From assembly GCA_040954595.2 (NCBI GenBank), contig CM082598.2, forward strand, positions 6,091,097-6,155,096: a stretch of DNA of 64,000 bases. Reading direction: 5' to 3'. Positions 40,921-52,944 of the stretch are shown in pieces; within the stretch, counting starts at the first letter, position 1, and each line of letters opens with the position of its first letter. The notes beneath the pieces are model-generated. The model did not search any database. It had not been told where the DNA came from and saw only the letters and a program-made list of their open reading frames with translations. This DNA is from Balanoglossus misakiensis (taxonomy: Eukaryota; Animalia; Hemichordata). Made by a program: the position numbers and the translations under genes.

Positions 40921-41888
40921 TGATGTGTGGGGTGTCTACCTTCTCAAGTTTGGTAGTTGTGGCCAAAGAGTTTGATAGGGATATCTGATTTCACCAACAG
41001 TTTATACGTCAAATCAACATTTTCGCCTATGGTTTTGTCTATGGCTAAAATATTTAGCAAAGTTTACCTCAAAATAGAGCATTGACCATACGTTGACTGA
41101 TGATTTTTTTTATTTGACTCAGCTATGTGTTAAATTTCATTAAAATGACAATAGTTTGGGTAGATTTTCTCGCTATTCTCCATGGCAAGAGTCACAGGTG
41201 ACAGATTACCAGTTGACGTTCTGTGCATCATTAATAAAAAAAACTTTTTTTTACTTGTGAACAACATTTCGTAATGTCTGAAATGTAATAAGTTTCAATT
41301 GTATCTCTGTACGCTTTTTAACTCTCAAATATTTTCCAAATGACTTGTGAATTATTGACTCTTCTGAATCTGTCTCTCATTGACAGTATGTAACGAATAA
41401 TACTTGTACAGGTGCCAACATATTTTTTTAAGATTTCCTATGGAAAACTAATCCGCTGTGTCAGAGTCAAAGACTCAGCAGGCAACTAGGATGTCTGTGA
41501 CATTTTGCAAATGCTTCCCTGTTCACCGAGAAGATATGACAATTAAAACTATCGTCGTAAAATTATCAGATTCTATTTTATTTATTCCTTTGCAGAAAAT
41601 TTCAAGAAGAGTTTGAATACACAGCTTGTAGTTTGGTTAGGGGGGGGGGAATACAAACATGAATCTTTATATAAATTGTTTAGAGTAAATATTTTTTTCC
41701 TCTCAGATGATTTAAATATGTAAGAAATGCTATGTACAGTGATATATTTCCTCTGAAAATACTCCATCCATTAAGACAATACAATTACATGTAGATGATT
41801 TGTGCTGTGATGGGCAATGATTTTTTGTTTAATAAAATGCTTTGGATAAATAATTTGTACAGGTATACACAATATATACATTCATTTA

Positions 41889-42230
41889 CACACAAACATT
41901 TCTTGCTGTCAGCAGGTTTGACAGAACAGGTCGGGTGCAGGTCTGTTCTGACATGTCTGCTGCAGGTCTGTTCTAACAGGTCTGGTGACTGTCTGACAGA
42001 ACAGGTCTGGTGCAGGTCTGTTCTGACATGTCTGCTGCAGGTCTGCAGGACTGACCTGCTGCAGGTCTATTCTAACAGGTCTGGTGCAGGTCAGACAGGA
42101 CAGACCTGCTGCAGGTCTGAGGCAGCAGACTGCTGCAGGTCTGGGGCCATATCGCTGTACATGACCTATTGGTCAGACATGCACCAGACATGCACCAGAC
42201 ATGCACCAGACCTGGCGAACTTTGGTTGTG
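41889..42230. repeat. Cluster of direct and inverted GCAGGTCTG/CAGACCTGC motifs; probable non-autonomous CACTA/EnSpm-type element
   Basis: More than ten copies of (G)CAGGTCTG that switch orientation near 42100, three tandem CAGACATGCAC units, weak ends TA-CACA..TGTG-TA. Confidence 0.45.
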
Positions 42231-43653
42231 TATGATTCCCCAACTCAGAGTAGATCGATCGATCTTCATGTATTTCAGCATTCATTATTTACATTCATTT
42301 TTTCAATGTTTGGTGTTTGTTACTCGAATATATAAAGATGAATATCGCCATCATCATGGTCAGAGATCATCATCCGTTGTGCAGGCTAAAACTGATGATA
42401 TTGGCCTCGGTGACAAGGACGTTTAAACATTCCGTGGGAAATTTCGATTGAAACAGGTCACATTAAATTTCTTACACCCACGGGGCGTTCTATTCTTACA
42501 CACTCATTTCATTGTACTTTCACTTCTATTCATGATCATACATGCATTTTTCTTTTAAAATGTTCCTAACTGTAATTTTCCTCCTGACTTTCATTCGGAC
42601 ATAACAGTTAAATGTTGAAATCACTGTCCATGATACGATGCAGGATGCAAAAATATCACACTGAAGCCATATACATATGAAAATAACATGGAGATAAATA
42701 TTCTTAGCTTAGTAGTTCAACCTCACTTGCGTTATTTGTTTCATTTTTTCTCAAATTGGTTTAAATAAATGCATTAACGGGCATGTACTAGTATCTGAAT
42801 CTGGTTATTTTCTTAGCATTATTGTTTCATGTTTCAATTACATTACACATTTTCTTGTTCTCCTGCGTGGAATTTATCCCAAAATGTCTATGAGTCAACA
42901 AGTCGTGTTTACATGAGTAGACCATTCTTACTATTAAGAAATGCATTGAATGCATTTGTTGTCAACATAAACACATGCTGGTAGAGTTGAGAAGATAAAT
43001 ACTAATCCTGATATAGGGAGCTGAACAAGGAACCATGGTTTACACACAGACCAATAAAACTGACAAAGTAGTCACAAGTTACAGATAGTTGTGTCAGCTT
43101 TAGTATATAGATTAATGAGTGAAAATACACTTTTGTCAAATAGAGTGTCTGTTTCATAACCAGTGATTTGTGACAGTTACAAGGCCAACAAAGATGTGTT
43201 CCAGTTGCATGGAGAAGCTTCGATAAAGATTTCATAAAGTGGCATCTCTGAAATCATGTACGCCTATTTTGGGACCTCTGTGTTAGCAAACAGTGCTACT
43301 GCACATTAATTGACAGAGAAATATCGACATTGTGATGATTAAAAAAGTGCCATGTGTGCACATATCGTGCACTTACTGTGTTTCGATAGACTCTGGCTAT
43401 CTGAACCTTGAAATGCTAATTTCTAACATCAATGAGTTTTCTTGCAGATGTTCTCTTATTAAATACAGTTTAACTTTTCACGCAATACATATACATTATT
43501 CTCTATATCGTTATGTGGTATTTTAAAGTAAGATGACAAGCTTTCTTGAGTGATGGCTAAAGTATCTTCGTCCTGTTCTTTCTTCCAAGCTCCATTGACA
43601 TTACAAATAACTTGCTGCAAGTTTATACATATGATATCCATAAGTCATGTGTC

Positions 43654-44636
43654 ATAATATTCTATCCGACTTTACATGTGCACAAGTTTTGATGGTGTAT
43701 TTAAGCAATAACCCCCGCCGCAGGCGGGTATACACGTGATTTTGGTACAATTCGAGACATAAAGAACGAGCTGTTAGGCGAGTGCTATATGGAGTGAATT
43801 GTACCAAAATCGAGGGGTGTTTGCTTAATTATATTATATCATGCTACCGTCCGCAATTCTGATTGGACGAGAGCTCAATCCAGCGATGCTATAATACTCA
43901 TAATGCACTGCTGGCAGTGCTAAAATGGGCCCCTGGACTAGCATACGGCAGTTATTGCTTAAATACACCATCAAAACTTGTGCACATGTAAAGTCGGATA
44001 GAATATTATATCAACAGTTGTTTTTGTGGCATATCAGTGTCTTTTTCTTACCTCAACGGCGTCAGAAAGAGAAATTACGATCGTGAACCAACATGGCGAC
44101 GGTGAATGTAAACACGAGCGGCCCGGGATCGAGCATTAAACATGAAGCAGACGACAAAAAGTGACAAAAGTGCAAAATATTCAGAGCAGAGCAGTTCCAA
44201 AATAAAACGTCCGTAAATTCAAGTGTTTTTATGTTATTCATTTGGTTTAATCCCGTGCGACTGTGGTATAACCGCACATTTTCCCTGCTGCATGCTAGTT
44301 CAGGGGCCCGTTTTACCACTGCCTGCAGTGGGAAAACAGTATTTTACCATAGCTCTCGTCCAATCAGAATCGCGGACGGTAGCATGATATAATATAATTA
44401 AAGGTATACGGTCACCTATGGAAATTTAGCTACAGTCACCATGGTAAATTTGAGATCTAGCCAATCATGGATTTTCGCGAAAAAAAGACCGCCAACATAT
44501 GTTCTTTAGAATCCTCAAATACGCCATTTCAGCCATATATGGGCGTATGTAAATTGGAGGTGACTGTATACCTTTAACATTATACCCCCAACTCCCGTAT
44601 AAAAGCGCGAGAGCACGCGAGAGTTGGCATAATGGT
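43654..44636. mobile_element. Non-coding foldback element with interleaved inverted repeats and terminal hairpins (possibly Crypton-like, non-autonomous)
   Basis: Perfect 59-bp IR 43654-43712 / 43951-44009; IR 43825-43950 / 44285-44401 (outer 51 bp with one mismatch); hairpin with 16-bp arms 43738-43753 / 43796-43811; second hairpin ~44578-44636. The structure is seen directly; the family call is inference. Confidence 0.55.
44402..44573. mobile_element. 172-bp Kolobok-like MITE
   Basis: TTAA on both sides (44398-44401, 44574-44577); TIRs AGGTATACGGTCACCT / AGGTGACTGTATACCT (15/16). Confidence 0.85.
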
Positions 44637-45079
44637 GGGAGATTCAAACTCACTAACAACAGAACGGACGTTGTCCATAAAAGACAGTAAATTTAGGTCT
44701 ACCGATGATTTTTTTTGTCTCTAAATTCAGAAAGGAGTGCATGAGTTTATTCAGCACGACATCCGCGGTTTTTGGTGCAATACAATTTGAAAATACTTTC
44801 GAAAACCGAAGATGAAATAATTTTGTCCCCAAGATATGACTGGTATATCGGTACGATGTTCAGTTTGAATCTGCGTGATTGACATATTATGCAAATCAAA
44901 ATTGGGCACCATTGATACATTTTGGCGTTGATTGCAAAGTGTGCGTGACCTGAAAATGGGGGTATGATCATACCAAATTTATCACACATGAACATGCACA
45001 CATCCATAAAATCGGTAGTTCTCTTCTTGGAAATTGTGTTGGTCCTGAAAAGGACCGTTTGTATTTGTGTACCAACCGT

Positions 45080-45436
45080 ACAAAGCCCAACGTAAGAAAC
45101 ACCGGGTAAATTCGGGTAGAGACCACGGACTAGCCAAGACTGCCTATGTGTGGTAACACATTGCCAACAAAAACAAAATTCACAGGAGTTGACCGAATCT
45201 CCGGAAGCCGATGTGCTCATGTGTTTACTTCGACGGCTGCCGCTTCTGATAAACCGGCAATGTCCCCCGCATCAAACTCGCCGGTAGCCGATACCACGCA
45301 CGGTACTAACCCCCGCGGTCGCAGCAGGTGAACTTATGTGCCCCGCCGGTCGATGACCGAAAGCTCGGCAGAGAAAATTGCCAGTGCTTTCTCCTGCTCT
45401 TCAGTGACCGCTATCTTGATAATTCGTGTCGACATG
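45080..45436 (-). pseudogene. Possible internally deleted remnant of a small Cys-rich transposon accessory gene (P2X7-ballast/KolX-like)
   Basis: CpG-rich stretch with ATG at 45436 (MSTRIIKIAVTEEQEKAL), then CEFCFCWQCVTTHRQSWL joined directly to VRGLYPNLPGVSYVG; these resemble the N- and C-terminal motifs of that family with the middle missing. Confidence 0.35.
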
Positions 45437-45699
45437 ATAGATTCAGCTGACAACGCGTTCCGCGGGTACGTAAGAACTAGCTGGATCGCGTGGGTATAGA
45501 AATGTGTTTGCTTTTGGCGGGCGCGGGATGCCCATTTGAGGTCAATTGTTGTAACAATATATAGTGGCGTCAGAGCTTTAGCCACGCCCACATTTTATTG
45601 ATTTTTGCTCGGTAGGGCCCTACCGAGCGGTGGGGGTTTAAGGCCCATTGAGGTGAATTTTGTACAGCAGTCTCCAGTCCAAAATAAATAAATTAATTA

Positions 45700-45828
45700 A
45701 TAAATAGATAGATAGATGGATGGATGGATGGATGAATGAATGCATGAATGAATGCATTAATGAGTGAATGAATGAATGAATGAATGAATGAATGAATGAA
45801 TGAATGAATGAATGAATGAATGAATGAA
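45700..45828. repeat. Compound microsatellite (TAGA)n(TGGA)n(TGAA)n
   Basis: Directly visible. Confidence 0.98.
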
Positions 45829-46689
45829 CCTCTTATAGCAGTTGTCGTCATTTCCAGAATTGTTTGCTTGTCAAGTGATTTGAAGTTCAGGACACAAACA
45901 GATAAAAATGCAGAAATTTGTGAAAATGAAATGACCACAACTTTGTCAAATTTCATGAAACTATCACGTTTTTCATTGTGGTGCTTGACAAACACCTTAT
46001 GTTTGTTTTATTTTGTTAAATTTGATTATTACCGAAGTGAGGTAAAATCTGTTGTTGAGATTAGCATTCCAATGGCGTTTGGATGAAGACGTGTGCTGGT
46101 GAAGCTGCGCCACCTCAGTCTAATTTGCAAGTCTTTCTACCCGCTTTCTCAGCCGTTTCCCCTTCTAGTACTTTCATAATTTTGTTGGTATTTAAAAAAA
46201 TGTCTTCCTGTTTTTGTGTTTACTATTTTTTTAGTATTTGTTGATTGTAATGCTGTATGGAGTACCAGTCATTTCAGTTTTTCAGTTCTTTTACTATTTT
46301 TATTACCAGTACGAGTAGTCAGAATACAGGGTGATGCTGTTTTGGCGTTAGCCATTCACAATATATGTGACAGCTGGGTTGACATAGCTATATAAAGTGC
46401 TGTAGACACAGTGACGTGACAGAGCCTGAAATTTATGCCTGTCCTATCACTGCATGTATAGGATCGTGGACATGGGTTTGAATACAGAACTGTTATATAG
46501 TCTGAATGATTTTTTTCTCTCCAATATACACACAATTCTGCCTGTAGAGGCTACATTGGCCCAATTTTCTAAAATAAATCCCTTGAAATACAATATCTAC
46601 TCAACATGTCATGATTTACTGTATACTTGTTCGAGCGGTATCCTTTTGACAGTCAGACCTAGGCAACTCCACTGAAGTCTCTGGATAAT

Positions 46690-49600
46690 AAGCGGACACG
46701 CGAACATGCATTTACACACGTTCACTCCTCGAATGTGATTTACACCAAGGCCGAAACGGAGCAGGGAATCACCATCAATCACCCAACACTCACGCAGGAC
46801 AGCGATCTGCAGTAGAAAAAATATAACCAATCGGCATGGCAAAGTAACACGTAAAATTTACATGTCGATACATTTATGAGATGCATGTTCTGAATGGTTC
46901 CGTTTCGCCAAAGCTTGAATTGCCCTATGAATAATTAAAACATGCGAAATATACCACAGCCTCTTATGGCAATTCAGAAACTATCGCTCTGTAACGACCA
47001 TGGTTGCGACAATATTTGCCAAAAAGCTGTATAAACTGTAGCTCATGATAATTCCTGACTTTATCGCGATCTGGTTGAAAAGTGTTTGTTTGTTTGTTTG
47101 TTTGTTACTTGATAGTGGTGGAGTGTTTTTGCTAGCGACTAAACAAACATTCTGAGCTATATATTAAGTGTGTTGAGTGGTTTCTGTCAAAGTCTATACC
47201 CGTAAAGCCAATATAACAAACAGTATTTAATCTTAAGACCCAAAGTAAATTGCTTCTGATATGTACCTGTATATATCAAGCTGAACAGCCAGCACGTCAA
47301 TAAAGTTCAAACTAAACCTTCAGAATATCAAAAACAACAATACCTAGGGAATAGTCACAGAAACCGTATTAATGGAAGGTCAAACTTATGACTTCTATAG
47401 TAGTCTTGTGTGGGCCGGGATGTCATTTACACTTCTTTATTTAGGACATGAGTGAGTGTGAACGCGCTGATATTAATAACAATTCCATCGATGTTGGCTA
47501 ATAGGAACAATAGTAAACGTTTAAGTTTTAATACAATATGTATAAATGAACTTGAGCGATACTGATAACAAATACGCACTAGACACTGGTACACATGGAG
47601 TCTCACTGACTCCAACATGTAATCAGATGCAGGTGAAGGCCATTCTCTATGATAGCAACAAAATATCCGACAGTTTTATGACAGCTGGTACATGTTTGCC
47701 TTAGAGTGTTTGCCAACGTGGGTCTTATCCTGCTGTTCTTATCAGTGCGTGTATTGCGGGTCATGTGTCAATTGCCATTCTTCAAACATGTCTAACCTCA
47801 CAAATTCTATAGATTTGAGAGCCTCTTCAGTTCCACCTTTGTGCTGAATTTTATCCCCCCCCCCATTTGTTTTTCTAATATATCAAAATTCCTAAGATGC
47901 CCCTCCCCGCGATGCTAATACATTCCAAACACATATATGCACAAAAGAATGGACAGTTTGCATTACAAGACAGCTAATACATTTTATATACTTGCATTTT
48001 ATAGAAAAGAAAAAAAATCAAACTTAAACTTTATACCAAGTATTGTTTACAGCAGTGGTATTTTGTGTGCGTAAATGTAAATGATGATGGTTGCTGGCAA
48101 AAGGAAATTCTCAGTTAACATCCTGAACATTTAAAATATTATTGTAATGAATGATCATTGCAATCGGTGAACGCATTTGCTTTTTGTTTTGTTTTAAAAG
48201 AACAAGTTCACAGTGTATCGCGACATGTATTGTTTACGTTGCAAAGTGGTGGACTCTTACAGAAAGTTCCAGTAATGTTCCATAATCTATCGACTGCAAT
48301 TTCTTTGCACCATTTACGATATTCAAATGAAAATTCACCGAAATTCAGTGTACTTTGTCCGAGGCCATGCACACACGCGATCCTGTAGACAGTGCAGTGT
48401 GTCCTCCATGTAATCTACTGTGGAACATATGTGTACTCACTCTCATAGAAAGACTTAACGTGTTAGGATTTACCGTTGTACTGGTTTGAGCGCAGTCTTC
48501 ACTGCTTGACTGTGGTTTTCATGAAAGGCGAAACGGAGCAGCTAAAAAGCGAAATCATTATCAATCATACAACATTCACGTAAGACAGCGATCTGCAGTA
48601 GAAATAGAATAGTGCACGACAAGTAACGGTTTAATTTATATGTGAACACATTTGTGAGACGTACGTTCTGATTGGCTCCTTTTCGTCAACACTGGAACTG
48701 GCTGAATAATTCTAAACTTTTGAAATAGTATGACATAACTTCATGACCTCTGCGCGTGATCTGTGCCGTAGAGAAGTTATTTTCACTCAATTATTCTGCA
48801 GGATTTTCACTTGCAACGCTCATGAAGTACTACGTCAGAATACACCGCATCATTCAAAACAACTTCTGTATGGCAGAGATCGCGCGCAGGGGTCACGGAG
48901 TTTTGTTATTATTGCATATGTTTTCACAGATTTGACAAAAATCGAAGTTTCGATCGCAGCGTATTGATTTTCAACATACTTATGCACCTGAGACTATGAG
49001 ACCTTTGTTTGGCAAAGTAGGGTTATGTCGGGTCATTTCATCAGTGGTTTAGCGTCGGTCGCGAGATCGCATCTGTACATTTTGAAAACTTTGGCGATAA
49101 CGACACATTTTCCTAATTTTCGAGGTTCCAAAACATACTGACAACCAATGTTCTGTTACTCTGACAAAAGATGGGAAATGTGATAAAATGACGTGCGAGA
49201 ATGGGGGAATAGTTTACGCCAATGTGTTGAATGCAAAATAGCCGTATGAATTCTAACTCATGATAATCCTCACTCGCGATCTGGTGGAGAAATATTTGTA
49301 TGCGACAGTACTTATTAATTGTGTGTTTTACTGGTGGAATATTTCTCTACCAACTAAACAAACATTCTCTGCTATATATGAAATATGTTGAGTGGTTTTG
49401 GTATGCCATAAAGTCAATACAATAAATTTTACATGTATGTAATCTTTTAGACCCAAATTAAATTTCTTCTGATAACAAACTAAATAGATTGTATGTTAGA
49501 CAATTAAATCCAAAACAAACCAATGGATCGGAATATCTACAACAACAATTCTTGATGTACATGTAGTCCCAAACAACCTAGCTGGAAGGTCGAATTTATG

Positions 49601-50591
49601 AATACATTTTGTCCATGTGTTGGCACAAATATTTGTCATACTCTTATACTTGGTACCACTGAGAGAGCGCTGATAACAGCAATAAATCCAATATAGGCTG
49701 ACAATTGAATGAACACTGGTCTTGGTTTTTAATAAATCCTGGTCGAAAATGATTAGTGCGAATGAACGTTCATCATAAAAATGCCACAATTAACGCTGGC
49801 ACACATGGAGTCTCACCGACTTCAAATGTAGTCAGAGGCAGGTGTTGATGAAGGCCATTCTCTACGGTAATAATAACTGCAAGCACTTGCCAATGAAACG
49901 GTTATCTACATTGCATGTGTTAGGGCGTTGAATCTGATTGACTCGGTAGCGACAAGAGGGAAGACAAGTGTAGTACAGGGATGGAAATCCAAACTTGAGC
50001 TGACCTGTCTAAACTGTTTGTCAACGAGAGTCTTATACTGTTGTTCTTATCATGCGTTTGTTATGGTTCATGTGTCATTTATCCTTCTTCCAACACCTCT
50101 CAGCTCAAATATATTGATGTTGATTTGTTTAGTTTATAACTTTATCTCAGTCTCCATGTTTTTTTGTTGGCAATGTAACACTTTAAATTTACATGTCGAT
50201 ACATTTATGAGACGCATATTCTCAGCGGTTCTGTTTCGCCAAAGCTTTAATTGCTCGATTTATAGTTAAAAACATGCGAAATATACCACAGCCTCTTATG
50301 GCAATTCAGAAACTATCGCTCTAAAAGTACCGTGGTTGCGACAATATTTGCCAAAAAGCTGTATAAACTGTGGCTCACGATAATTCCTGACTTTATCGCG
50401 ATCTGATTGAAAAGTTGTTGTTTGTTACTTGATTGTGGTGGAGTGTTTTTTGCTAGCGACTGAACAAACATTCTGAGCTATAAATTAAGTGTGTTGAGTG
50501 GTTTCTGTCAAAGTCTATACCCGTAAAGCCAATATAACAAACATTATTTAATCTTTAAGACCCATAGTAAATTGCTTCTGATATGTACCTG
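46690..50591 (+). repeat. Degenerate multi-kb repeat, left block, with internal self-similarity
   Basis: ~46745-47270 resembles ~48525-49480; ~46850-47270 recurs closely at ~50180-50591; ~47580-47650 resembles ~49795-49865. Confidence 0.85.
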
Positions 50592-51021
50592 ATATGCGAA
50601 CTGAATTTAGTACCGTGAAATGCTTCTTGTCAGAAGCCTTCTTATATAATTTAGTATAGTAGTACCTCTGTAATTTAATGTGTTGATGTAACTCTTCTCA
50701 TTTCAAGGAGGAATAATGGGAACAACAACAACAACAACAACTCCAAACAGCATGCTAATATACCCATTACTTCTCTTGTCAACATTGCCTGTGGGTGTGT
50801 AATGCTATCACAGATGTTACTACTGTTAGAAGCAAATATGCAACCTGTCTACAAAATATGTGTTTATTGAATATATTTATTTATTTAGAGTAAAATGTTT
50901 TAGTGACATTTGAATATTTAGTGGATGGTATTTTATACATAAATTGTGGGTTTCAACATATTGTTAGGAGTAGCACTAGAATCTTCAGTGGCCACATAGA
51001 TAAGAATAAATTTTCAACCTT

Positions 51022-51198
51022 CAGTAAAACCTGTCAAAACCAAACCCTGTCTAATCTGGAAACCTGTCTATACTGAACACCTTTTCAGTCCCTTCGACAT
51101 AGAATCACATATTAAAAGAACTTTTACAAACTGGAAATGTCTGTAAACTGAACAATTTCTTCAGTGTCTTCAGTGTTCGGTTCAGACAGGTTTTACTG
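51022..51198. mobile_element. pogo/Tigger-like (Tc1-mariner) MITE, 177 bp
   Basis: TIRs CAGTAAAACCTGTC / GACAGGTTTTACTG (14/14, extendable with mismatches), TA on the right flank, internal AAACCTGTCT subrepeats. Confidence 0.8.
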
Positions 51199-51374
51199 TA
51201 TTTAATATCCCAAATGTCATAGCAGCTGCCCCTTTCAAACAATTTCTTTAAAAAGTGTGTTTCTAATAGATTTGGTCAGGTGGAAAAGTATGTCACACTG
51301 TTTTCACTGAACACTGAAGTGGTTGACATTTTATTGACACAAATTGAATCACCCTATGCATCACATTAGACTTA

Positions 51375-52624
51375 GGGGTAAACCATTTTATATTTAGGGG
51401 AGTGCAGCTTAGTTTATTCTCTGCCTATTCACTGATGTTTTTTCTTTACTATTTGGCAGAGGCAAAAATGCAGAATAGTTATGGAAGTGTTCCTAACTAA
51501 CCATGCCCAAATTATTTCTATTAATCTAAGCACAACATGTAAAATATAAATCAACCAGGTAGACTCTTGTCTCCCCCTACAGTAATAGTGACAATTCCTT
51601 TTATAGTACCCAACTTACTCAAGTATACACACTTGATGTTAGAAAACAGTCTTATAGGTATAGCCTGTAGCCTGGAACCCTGTCTCATTCCTGCTGCTGG
51701 TAGTGACAGCAGGGTTAGAAAGTGGGCAGGGAACAAGAGCATCTTACTGGCCTCTTTCATGACCCCTGTGTGACCTTACGTCCTGGCGTTTTGTGGGTAT
51801 GACATCATTCAATGTTAAATACAACAGCTAACCTTTACTAATAGGCAATGTTCAACAGTTTTGTTCAAGGATGAGAAAAAGTGCATTGATTCAATAGCAT
51901 GGTTGGCTGTTCCAGAATGTAAACTCGAAATTGTAAACTCACACCGACAAAATGCCAGGATGTAGAGGTCATAAGGGGTCATAAAAGTGGCATGATGTAG
52001 CACAGTAGCCAGTGGTGTAATTTTAATGTGAACTGTGCAACTTCATTCATATTTCTTGGCAGCAATGTTATTATAATTATCGACTGACATCTAAAATCAC
52101 TTTGCGATGTCGAAATTCAGTGGGAAGAAACAAACGCCAAAAGTTACCACATTTTATACTGACAATGATTTGTTTAGTACAGTTTACCCTATGGATCCAG
52201 CTATCATAGGAATATGTCCAATAATTGTAGCCTCGGTGGGCTGGTTGATCGCTGACTGGCTTGATCAACCAGCCCACTTGATCAACCAGCCCATCTAGGC
52301 TACAATTATTGCCGCTATTATAGGAAGGGCACACTGGGAACACCCCCCTCCCCACAATTTTGGTGAAGAAACAATATATATTTGATGCTTTGGGCGAAGA
52401 AACTATATATATATATATACATGTTGCACCCAAATATTATGAAAGACTGTGTTCAGAAAAGCAACCTTGGATGGACTTATTATCTTTCACCTTCGTGTGC
52501 CATCTTATTTTTATCTAGTTTTTAAAAAAAACTGATTTTTGTTTTTCATTAACATTTGTTTGAAATGTTTTTGTTTTAGAAAATCTTCGAGCCCCCCTCT
52601 CCAGGATATCAAATGGTCCGCCCC
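51375..52624. mobile_element. Possible old 1.25-kb TIR element with a TTA duplication (PIF/Harbinger- or Zator-like)
   Basis: TTA-GGGGTAAACCATTTTATAT on the left and ATATCAAATGGTCCGCCCC-TTA on the right; the TIRs are imperfect. Confidence 0.35.
52220..52310. repeat. 91-bp foldback with 31-bp arms (29/31) and an internal duplicate of the right arm
   Basis: aataattgtagcctcggtgggctggttgatc ... gatcaaccagcccatctaggctacaattatt; ttgatcaaccagccca occurs twice in tandem. Confidence 0.9.
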
Positions 52625-52944
52625 TTATGTGCGCCCTCACTGATTGAAGTGCAAGTCTTGATTCTGATTGGTTGATGCTCATCATCACATGACTATATTG
52701 GACTTTGAAAGAATAGAAAAGCTTTGGGGTGGTCTGACACTAGTGACAGAAGTGTTGCTGCTTGATGTATGTGAAGACTGTTCCGTCCTCGGCCTGTCTC
52801 TTCGTTGCTCCAAGTTGTGCATGCAAGTCCTGCCACCCACAGCTTCTTTATGGTGAGTCCATATTTTATTACAGCCTTGTGTGAACACAACATGAGAAAC
52901 AGGAAGCCCTCTTGTGAAGGCATTTGATACACAACACTTCAATC

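Noticed and set aside
41795-42426. 146-aa Cys-rich ORF and overlapping ORFs
   Set aside because: Translations of the GCAGGTCTG repeat cluster.
45693-46086. ORFs with HSFI repeats
   Set aside because: Translation of the (TGAA)n microsatellite.
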